Source: a bacterium
GTDB taxonomy: Bacteria > Hinthialibacterota > Hinthialibacteria > Hinthialibacterales > Hinthialibacteraceae
Assembly: GCA_963662285.2 (NCBI GenBank)
Contig: CAXXMV010000001.1
Span: 352,001-416,000, forward strand
Length of the DNA stretch: 64,000 bases
Direction: 5' to 3'
The first letter of the stretch is position 1. Each line of letters opens with the position of its first letter. The notes beneath the pieces are model-generated. The model was not told the DNA's origin. It worked only from the letters and a program-made list of their open reading frames with translations, and did not search any database. Below are positions 1 to 7,424 of this stretch, one piece after another. Position numbers and translations under genes: made by a program.

Positions 1-1
1 C

Positions 2-2002
2 TGCGATCCGGACGCCCCTTCCTTCAGGTTACCCATCGAATCGGCCCGTCCAGAATTCCCGGGTGGTAAAATCCTTGATCTTAACATTCCCATGACGCCC
101 GCCATGCAGGGTGATATGAACGAAGCTCTTGCCGCAGGCGGTCCGGTTACCTACGGCCCGGGGAACGAAAAACCTATTTCTATGGATACCCATAATAATT
201 TCAACGTACAATCTCAGATGTTTATGAGCATACACCCGAAGACTGGCAGCCCCTGGATGTTCGGAATTCATCAGTGCTCCTATCCTCGCGTCTGGACCAA
301 ACAGGAGCAAAGACTTTTCAACGAAATCGGTCGGCGAATCGCCGACGGCCTGAGCAGTCTGCTCTTTCTACGCGACCTCGAAAAAAGCGAACAACAATAT
401 CGTCTTCTCGCCGAAAACGTCACTGATGTAATTTGGACCATGGACATGAACTTGCGCTTGACCTACGTCAGCCCCTCAATTTTCCAATTGCGGGGTTATA
501 CCGTTGAAGAAGCAATGGCTCAATCCCTGGAAGAAATGATAGTTCCTGAATCGATAATTGAGATACGGCCCCTTATCAAGCAGAAACTTCAGTTGATAGA
601 AAATGGCGATGAAGAAGGATGGTCGCCGCTCCGTTTCGATGCAGAGATGTACCGCAAAGACGGCTCAACAATTATTACTCATATCAATATGAAAATCCTA
701 AAAGGACCGGATGGGAAACCTAATCTCATCGTCGGCGTGACCCATGACATAACCGACCGCAAACGGGCAGAGACCGAACAACTCGCCCTGGAACGACAGA
801 TGCAGCACGCCCAAAAACTTGAGAGTCTTGGCGTACTGGCCGGAGGCATCGCGCACGATTTCAACAATATCCTCATGGCGGTGCTGGGTTATGCCGACCT
901 GGCCATTCGTGATATCTCAGAGACTCACCCGGCCAGGTCATACTTGATCGAGATCGAAAAAGGCGCCCAAAGAGCTGCGGACTTAACGCGACAGATGCTG
1001 GCTTATTCGGGCAAGGGAAGTTTCATTATTGAGAAAATGGATGTATCCGCGCTGATGGAAGACATGTCCAATCTTCTCCGAACCGCCATATCACGAACCA
1101 TCACCCTGAATCTGCATCTGGATCGGTCGCTTCCACCCATCGAAGCCGATGTCACTCAAATACAGCAGGTCGTCATGAATCTGATCACCAACGCAGCTGA
1201 CGCCATCAGCGACGGGATCGGCGTCGTAACCCTGTCCACTGGCAAAGCTGAGTGTACAGAGGAGTATCTAACTCAGAGCCTGATCATTCCCGCATCTCCC
1301 GGGGAAACACCGCCGGGCGTCTATGTCTATTTCGAGGTAAGCGATAACGGCTGCGGCATGGACAAAGACACCAAGGCAAAGATTTTCGAGCCTTTCTTCA
1401 CCACCAAGTTCACCGGACGGGGTCTTGGCATGGCCGCCGTACTGGGTATCATTCGTGGACACAAAGGCGCCATTCTGCTCGATACAGCGCCTGGCCAAGG
1501 CGCTACATTCCGGATTCTATTCCCGGCGCTTGAAGGAAAGCATATGGACGCTGCTCAAAAAAACTCTAAATCATCAGAAACAGAAAACCTAACGGAACAA
1601 GGCGTGATCCTCGTGATTGACGACGAGGAAATAGTACGCAAATTAACGACTCGATTTCTCAATCGTATGGGATTTACGGTTCTAACTGCGGAGAACGGTC
1701 GCGAAGGCGTTAAAGTGTTTCGCGAACATGCCCAAGAAATCATCTGCATACTGCTAGACCTGACTATGCCCCTCATGGGCGGCGCAGAAACCCTTGAAGA
1801 ACTGCTCATAATTCAACCCGATGTCAGGGTGATCTTATGCAGCGGCTACAACGAGCAAACCATAAGTCAGCGCTTCGAAGGAAAAGGTTTAGCCGGTTTC
1901 ATCCAAAAACCATACAATATGACAAATTTGCAAGAAAAACTCGATGAATTGCTGGGTGATAAACATAGCGATCCAGACGACAAACTTCCTGGAAACGCCT
2001 AA
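2..2002 (+). CDS. Hybrid sensor histidine kinase (GAF-PAS-HisKA-HATPase-REC), 5' partial
   Basis: Frame is open from position 2. Motifs: H-box LAGGIAHDFNNIL, N-box QVVMNLITNA, DNGCGM, PFFTTK..GRGLG; C-terminal receiver (VIDDE, LLDLTMP, FIQKPY); PAS with YRLLAENVTDVIW. Confidence 0.93.
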   Translation, partial: CDPDAPSFRLPIESARPEFPGGKILDLNIPMTPAMQGDMNEALAAGGPVTYGPGNEKPISMDTHNNFNVQSQMFMSIHPKTGSPWMFGIHQCSYPRVWTKQEQRLFNEIGRRIADGLSSLLFLRDLEKSEQQYRLLAENVTDVIWTMDMNLRLTYVSPSIFQLRGYTVEEAMAQSLEEMIVPESIIEIRPLIKQKLQLIENGDEEGWSPLRFDAEMYRKDGSTIITHINMKILKGPDGKPNLIVGVTHDITDRKRAETEQLALERQMQHAQKLESLGVLAGGIAHDFNNILMAVLGYADLAIRDISETHPARSYLIEIEKGAQRAADLTRQMLAYSGKGSFIIEKMDVSALMEDMSNLLRTAISRTITLNLHLDRSLPPIEADVTQIQQVVMNLITNAADAISDGIGVVTLSTGKAECTEEYLTQSLIIPASPGETPPGVYVYFEVSDNGCGMDKDTKAKIFEPFFTTKFTGRGLGMAAVLGIIRGHKGAILLDTAPGQGATFRILFPALEGKHMDAAQKNSKSSETENLTEQGVILVIDDEEIVRKLTTRFLNRMGFTVLTAENGREGVKVFREHAQEIICILLDLTMPLMGGAETLEELLIIQPDVRVILCSGYNEQTISQRFEGKGLAGFIQKPYNMTNLQEKLDELLGDKHSDPDDKLPGNA

Positions 2003-2189
2003 GGCGCAGTAAACAATCCAGCCAACCGAGGTTCCAATTATTAACTGATATAGCAAGAGCGTTATTTTCTATATGAAGAAACGTTATAACCAACGTTTCT
2101 CGAACTTTTAACATTTAACCTTTTATCAAGACGAAAGTATTGATTACTCACGCTTGCTCCTATAGCATACCATTGAGGTGAAAAGAATT

Positions 2190-2351
2190 ATGGAAAATGA
2201 AAACATGACGTCTCGCATTGAAGAACAATCCCCGCCAGAAGAATCGCCCTATGAAGCCTATGGTTGGGATTTCCATAAGAAACCGCTGATCTACGCCCTT
2301 ATTGTAACTGCGCTTTTTTATGCCTTTATTTTCTTCTTTATAAACATTTAG
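2190..2351 (+). CDS. Small (53 aa) single-TM membrane protein, absent from the ORF track
   Basis: GAGGTG RBS upstream of ATG 2190. Translation MENENMTSRIEEQSPPEESPYEAYGWDFHKKPLIYALIVTALFYAFIFFFINI*: acidic N-terminus and hydrophobic C-terminal helix. Confidence 0.65.
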   Translation: MENENMTSRIEEQSPPEESPYEAYGWDFHKKPLIYALIVTALFYAFIFFFINI

Positions 2352-2400
2352 ATATTAATAAGTCACTCTTTTAACAAAATAGAGCTTGTTTTTCTCAATC

Positions 2401-2420
2401 ATTTGGCTATATTGCCAAAT
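2401..2420. promoter_or_regulatory. Putative ArsR operator 1
   Basis: Palindrome ATTTGGC-TATATT-GCCAAAT 12 nt upstream of the arsR start. Confidence 0.7.
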
Positions 2421-2432
2421 AGATAAATAATT

Positions 2433-2750
2433 ATGAACGACAACAGAAAACGCCGGCTGGAAGCAAGAGCCAATATCATAAAAGCGATGGCGCATCCCAC
2501 GCGGCTCTTTATAATTGAAGAATTATCCAAAAGCGAGCAGTGCGTATGCAAATTGACGGAAATGATCGGGGCGGATATGTCCACCGTTTCCAAGCATCTA
2601 TCCATCTTGAGAACAGCAGGGATAATTCAAGACGACAAACGCGGCGCCCAGGTTTTTTATCAATTAAAGACGCCATGCATCATGAAATATCTCGAATGCA
2701 TCGAATCGGTTTTACTGAAATCGAGTCAGGAATTATATAAGATTATATAA
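2433..2750 (+). CDS. arsR: ArsR/SmtB family metalloregulator
   Basis: KAMAHPTRLFII, CVC motif, STVSKHLSILRTAGII winged HTH. Confidence 0.9.
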   Translation: MNDNRKRRLEARANIIKAMAHPTRLFIIEELSKSEQCVCKLTEMIGADMSTVSKHLSILRTAGIIQDDKRGAQVFYQLKTPCIMKYLECIESVLLKSSQELYKII

Positions 2751-2785
2751 TTCCCCCTAAACAACTGGTTTTTTTTTAATTATAT

Positions 2786-2805
2786 ACTTGGCGAATTGGC
2801 CAAAT
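2786..2805. promoter_or_regulatory. Putative ArsR operator 2
   Basis: ACTTGGC-GAATTG-GCCAAAT, same TTGGC-N6-GCCAA core as 2401-2420, upstream of the permease. Confidence 0.65.
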
Positions 2806-2830
2806 AGCAAATAGAAGAAAGATTAGCATC

Positions 2831-4129
2831 ATGGATTGGAAGCATGAATCGAAAACATTTCTTATTATCGCAGGTTTGTTTCTGCTCTGTTTTTACCTGC
2901 CGGTTGGCAATCAACGGTTTGATAAAGCTGTATTGGAAGCCCTTGGTCTGGTGCAATGGTATGCGCAAGAGCATGTTTTGTTATGCCTGATTCCAGCATT
3001 CTTCATTGCAGGCGCCATATCGGTTTTTATCAGCCAGGCATCGGTAATGAAATATCTGGGAGTAAAAGCGAACAAGGTATTGGCTTATGGCGTGGCTTCT
3101 GTTTCCGGATCAGTCTTAGCAGTATGTTCGTGCACTGTGCTTCCTTTATTTGCAGGCATCTACAAAATGGGAGCGGGATTAGGACCGGCATGCGCTTTCC
3201 TATATTCCGGACCAGCCATTAATGTCTTGGCCATTATTCTAACAGTGCGCGTTCTTGGCCTGGAACTTGGCCTGGCACGGGCATTGGGCGCCATATTGTT
3301 CAGCGTCGCCATCGGGCTGGCCATGCACTGGATTTTCCGTAAAGAAGAATTGGAGAAAGAGAAGGTTCAAGCAGTTATGCCTGAGGCGGACGTCAAGCGC
3401 CCTCTGTTCCATAATGCGATTCATTTCGCCCTTATGGTGGCTATTCTCGTACTGGTCAATTGGAGTTCCGCCGAAACCACTGGATTTTTCGGCTGGATGG
3501 CTGCATATAAATGGGTGCTGGCTTCAATCTGCGCGGGGCTGTTCGCTCTGATTTTAATTGTATGGTTTGAAATAAAGATTTGGAAAATGGCTCTAACGGT
3601 CATTTCTGTCATAACAGCCTGGCTTCTCGCTTCTCAAACGCCCTTGATTCCCTTTGCGGTTGGATTAATTGGATTGTCATGGATTCTCATCTCTTCACAA
3701 GGCGAACGGGAAGAGTGGTTTGTTTCCAGTTGGACCTTCGCCAAACAGATTATGCCTCTGCTTTTCTGGGGAGTCCTGATTGCCGGATTCCTACTGGGTC
3801 GTCCAGGAGGAGAAGGAGTAATTCCCTCATCCTGGATTGCATCACTGGTTGGAGGCAACTCATTGGCGTCAAATTTCTTCGCTTCGGTGGTCGGGGCGTT
3901 TATGTATTTCGCCACATTGACTGAGATTCCCATACTGCAAGGTCTTTTAAGCGGAGGAATGGGCAAAGGTCCGGCCTTGGCCCTGCTGCTGGCTGGCCCG
4001 GCTTTATCTTTGCCCAATATGCTAGTCATTCGTAATATCATGGGAAACAAAAAAACAGCTGCGTATATCGCACTGGTAATCATCATGTCAACCGCCAGCG
4101 GCCTGCTTTTCGGCTGGATGACTGGTTAG
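2831..4129 (+). CDS. ArsP/DUF318 family permease
   Basis: Polytopic membrane protein with LAVCSCTVLPLF, FLYSGPAIN, MYFATLTE and LLAGPALSLP motifs. Confidence 0.85.
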   Translation: MDWKHESKTFLIIAGLFLLCFYLPVGNQRFDKAVLEALGLVQWYAQEHVLLCLIPAFFIAGAISVFISQASVMKYLGVKANKVLAYGVASVSGSVLAVCSCTVLPLFAGIYKMGAGLGPACAFLYSGPAINVLAIILTVRVLGLELGLARALGAILFSVAIGLAMHWIFRKEELEKEKVQAVMPEADVKRPLFHNAIHFALMVAILVLVNWSSAETTGFFGWMAAYKWVLASICAGLFALILIVWFEIKIWKMALTVISVITAWLLASQTPLIPFAVGLIGLSWILISSQGEREEWFVSSWTFAKQIMPLLFWGVLIAGFLLGRPGGEGVIPSSWIASLVGGNSLASNFFASVVGAFMYFATLTEIPILQGLLSGGMGKGPALALLLAGPALSLPNMLVIRNIMGNKKTAAYIALVIIMSTASGLLFGWMTG

Positions 4130-4160
4130 GCTAAGATAAAAAAAACCATAGGAGAACATC

Positions 4161-4391
4161 ATGAAGAAAATACTAATATTCGGAACCGGATGCGCTAAAT
4201 GCAAAAACTTAACTGCTAATGCAGAAAAAGCAGCTACTGAAAAAGGCGTGGAATATGATTTACAAAAGATTACGGATATCATGGAAATAACTCGATTCGG
4301 CATCATGGCCACTCCAGCTATCGCGATTGATGGCGCCGTGAAAAGCTGCGGCAAACTCGCGTCAGTAGAAGAAATCAAAGAGTGGCTCTAG
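4161..4391 (+). CDS. Small redox-active disulfide protein (MTH895/thioredoxin-like, possible ArsE)
   Basis: GTGCAKC (CxxC) and GIMATPAIAIDG; AGGAG RBS. Confidence 0.88.
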   Translation: MKKILIFGTGCAKCKNLTANAEKAATEKGVEYDLQKITDIMEITRFGIMATPAIAIDGAVKSCGKLASVEEIKEWL

Positions 4392-4401
4392 TACTGGGCG
4401 C

Positions 4402-4433
4402 CAAGGGCAAGACCGCATTGCGGTCAGCCCTTG
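4402..4433. repeat. Intergenic GC-rich hairpin (REP-like)
   Basis: CAAGGGC-AA-GACCGCA-T-TGCGGTC-A-GCCCTTG, without a U tract. Confidence 0.5.
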
Positions 4434-4506
4434 ATAAAATCACCTAGTATAAGGTTAGGGTGAAGGGTAGCATCAAACACATTACAATCACGAAAGGTGT
4501 AGAAAA

Positions 4507-4989
4507 ATGAACAGCAAAAAAATCATTACCATTATTTTACTGGTTTTCGTAGTAGGCAGCGTCGGAGCGATGATTTATAAAGAACTCCAACCAGGTCAAA
4601 CTGATCCAGACGCGATAACCGCTGATATTTCAACAGAAAATGTTCCACAAAACCAGATTATCGCTTACTATTTTCATGGCAACCAGCGCTGTCCGACTTG
4701 CATGAACATTGAAGCCTATACCAAAGAGTCATTGGAAACCAATTTTAAGGAACCACTTGATTCAGGCCGCGTGGTATGGCAGCCAATTAACATTGATGAA
4801 GCGGCGAACCGGCATTTTATAACCGATTTTGAATTAGAGATGAAATTGGTCGTGCTGGCCGATATAAAAGACGGCAAGCAAATCCAATGGAAAAAGTTGG
4901 ATCAAGTCTGGCCGTTATCAGGCGATAAACCTGGATTTTTGGAATATATCAAAGTCGAAACCGAAGAGTATCTGAAAGAATCAGTATAA
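4507..4989 (+). CDS. ArsF-family thioredoxin-fold protein, N-terminally anchored
   Basis: N-terminal TM helix and YYFHGNQRCPTC motif. Confidence 0.75.
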   Translation: MNSKKIITIILLVFVVGSVGAMIYKELQPGQTDPDAITADISTENVPQNQIIAYYFHGNQRCPTCMNIEAYTKESLETNFKEPLDSGRVVWQPINIDEAANRHFITDFELEMKLVVLADIKDGKQIQWKKLDQVWPLSGDKPGFLEYIKVETEEYLKESV

Positions 4990-5669
4990 TGGATTTCTTT
5001 TTCTGCTTTGGAACAGCCCTGTGGCTTGGAGTGCTGACTTCAATCAGTCCATGCCCGTTAGCCACCAATATCGCGGCTATGTCGTATATCGGGCGCAGAG
5101 TCGACCGCCCGGTATATGTATTATGGACCGGGCTTTTTTATACAGCAGGACGGGCGTTAACCTATTTCGCGCTTGGTTCATTAATTGTATCAAGTTTCCT
5201 CAATACGCCTCAACTATCCTTTTTCCTACAGAAATATATACACATGTTTGTAGGTCCACTATTAGTGGTGGTTGGAATGTTCCTCTTGGAATTGCTTAGT
5301 TTAAACATTGGCTCATCGGGATTGAGCCAATGGGTGCAGAAACGCGCTGAGTCATGGGGCTTCTGGGGAGCGGGGGCGCTGGGAATCGTATTCGCCTTAT
5401 CGTTTTGTCCTGTATCAGCGGCCTTGTTTTTCGGCAGCCTTATCCCTTTGGCGATTCAATATGATTCAGGCCTTCTATTACCCTCGATCTACGGAATCGG
5501 TACGGCGTTGCCAGTGGTACTATTCGCCGTATTAATCGCCTTGGGCGCTCATTCAATCAGTAAGGCTTTTAACCAGATCACCAAAGTCGAATGGTGGGCG
5601 CGCAGCATAACCGGAGGGATATTAATTCTAATCGGAATATATCTAACCCTTCAGAATATTCTTGTATAG
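4989..5669 (+). CDS. ArsG-family (DsbD/CcdA-like) membrane protein
   Basis: LTSISPCPLATNIAA and FCPVSAALFFG motifs; start overlaps the upstream stop. Confidence 0.8.
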   Translation: MDFFFCFGTALWLGVLTSISPCPLATNIAAMSYIGRRVDRPVYVLWTGLFYTAGRALTYFALGSLIVSSFLNTPQLSFFLQKYIHMFVGPLLVVVGMFLLELLSLNIGSSGLSQWVQKRAESWGFWGAGALGIVFALSFCPVSAALFFGSLIPLAIQYDSGLLLPSIYGIGTALPVVLFAVLIALGAHSISKAFNQITKVEWWARSITGGILILIGIYLTLQNILV

Positions 5670-5687
5670 CGCAAAACATTTCCAATC

Positions 5688-6314
5688 CTATTTCTTTTGC
5701 AGTTGCATGACAGTTTCGCGTAAAAAGTCCATATCAATATTATGAGTTCTGGCCAGTTGCCCGATTTTAGAATTAGTCGGTGTATCGGCTGGGAGTTTCA
5801 GCGTTTCCAAAATGCTGGATGCCGCAACTCCACTTTGCTCTTCAATATCCGCCAATGTCATAAAACCTTTAATATGAATTGCCTGTGATTCCATTGGTGA
5901 AGAACCATGTTCTCTTTCAATCCCATGTTCCCGGAATAATCCTCTTCCCGAATTTGCTAACTCAGCATCTTTCTCAATTGGCAAAAAGAATGGCGCTCCA
6001 ATAAAAAGCAGAGATGTAATCATAACAAATAAGAAAGTTAGCGTTGTTTTTGATGAGAAATTCTTGGTAAAAAGAGAGCGAATCCAATTCCAATGCAGAA
6101 CAATATGCAAGAGCATGGCTGCTATAAAGGCAATCGACAGATAGAAATGAATATCGCCCCAATCATGCCGGTTCATGCCAAACAAAGATAATCCTTGACC
6201 TCCCCTCGAACCGGGAAGCAGGACGTATTCCATCAGAAGACCAGTTGAAATCATTAACACCAAAATATAAAACGCAGATAAATTCAATACGAAGTTGACT
6301 TGAGTTTTTTTCAT
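5688..6314 (-). CDS. DUF4405-domain membrane protein
   Basis: STGLLM, WGDIHFY, LLHIVLHWNWI (His pattern of DUF4405). Start probably 6314; the ORF is open to 6332. Confidence 0.75.
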   Translation of the reverse strand: MKKTQVNFVLNLSAFYILVLMISTGLLMEYVLLPGSRGGQGLSLFGMNRHDWGDIHFYLSIAFIAAMLLHIVLHWNWIRSLFTKNFSSKTTLTFLFVMITSLLFIGAPFFLPIEKDAELANSGRGLFREHGIEREHGSSPMESQAIHIKGFMTLADIEEQSGVAASSILETLKLPADTPTNSKIGQLARTHNIDMDFLRETVMQLQKK

Positions 6315-6416
6315 TTTTCTATCATTCCTCATTGATTGTGTAGATACAATACTAACGTTTGCAACTTCGATTTTATTGATTGCAATATTAAAATATTAAA
6401 ATATTAATTCAAACAC

Positions 6417-6443
6417 AAAAACGGGGAACCGTTTGGTTCCCCG
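6417..6443 (-). terminator. Rho-independent terminator of the ABC ATPase gene
   Basis: CGGGGAACC-N4-GGTTCCCCG stem, followed on the minus strand by a U run. Confidence 0.75.
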
Positions 6444-6474
6444 AAATTAATGCGATTCAATTAGAGCAGTTTTC

Positions 6475-7401
6475 TTACGCCACTTCGCCTTTGGTTACTT
6501 TCATGAACACTTCTTCCAGATCAGCAGGTAGTTCACGGAAGAAAAGCACTTCTACGCCTTCATCGAACAGTTTCTTATGTAATTTGGGAATCTCGCGCAG
6601 GTCGCCTTGGTATTCAACGCGGGTAACCTGCCCCATCATTTCCACATTCTGAACGCCGGGGAATCCCCAGATAATCTTCTCCAGGCGGTCGTCGGGGTGT
6701 AATAGTTCGATCTCAATTAATATATTCTCCCGAACCTGGCTCATAATGGTTTTAATGTCTCCCGATGCGAGCAGCACGCCGCGTTCCAGGATGCCGATCT
6801 TATTGCAGCAGTCGGCTAGTTCCGCCAGAATATGCGAGGAGATAAATATGGTTTTTCCCATGCGCTGCAACTCTTTCAAAAGTTCCTTGATATAGTGGCG
6901 CGCGCGTGGATCAAGTCCGGAGGCCGGTTCATCCAGAATCAGCACATGTGGATCATGCACCAGAGTTTTTGCTAGACAAAGACGCTGTTTCATGCCGCGA
7001 GAGAGACCTTCGACGAAATCGTCGCGTTTATTATCTAGATCAAGCAGATTGATTACATCCCGGATGATCTGTTTACGCTTGTCACGTTTTATATTGTAGG
7101 CCGCTGCGAAGAAATCGAGATATTCCCAGACCCTCATGCCTTCATAAACCCCGAATGAATCGGGCATGTAGCCCATTGAGCGCCGTACGTCCATCGGGCT
7201 TTTCGTGACGCTGTAATTATTTATCCAGGCTTCACCGCCAGTAGGCTTTAACAGGGTGGCGATAAATCTGATAGTGGTGGTTTTCCCTGCGCCGTTTGGG
7301 CCGATGAATCCGAAGATATCGCCTTTTTCAACGTGCAGGTTAAAATCTTTAACTGCTGTGTTCTCACCATATTTTTTTGTGAAATTCTCAATTCGAATCA
7401 T
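6475..7401 (-). CDS. ABC transporter ATP-binding protein
   Basis: Walker A GPNGAGKTT, LSRGMKQR signature, Walker B LILDEP, H-loop SSH. Confidence 0.95.
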   Translation of the reverse strand: MIRIENFTKKYGENTAVKDFNLHVEKGDIFGFIGPNGAGKTTTIRFIATLLKPTGGEAWINNYSVTKSPMDVRRSMGYMPDSFGVYEGMRVWEYLDFFAAAYNIKRDKRKQIIRDVINLLDLDNKRDDFVEGLSRGMKQRLCLAKTLVHDPHVLILDEPASGLDPRARHYIKELLKELQRMGKTIFISSHILAELADCCNKIGILERGVLLASGDIKTIMSQVRENILIEIELLHPDDRLEKIIWGFPGVQNVEMMGQVTRVEYQGDLREIPKLHKKLFDEGVEVLFFRELPADLEEVFMKVTKGEVA

Positions 7402-7424
7402 TTGCGTCCCCTTGTCTCCCTCTG

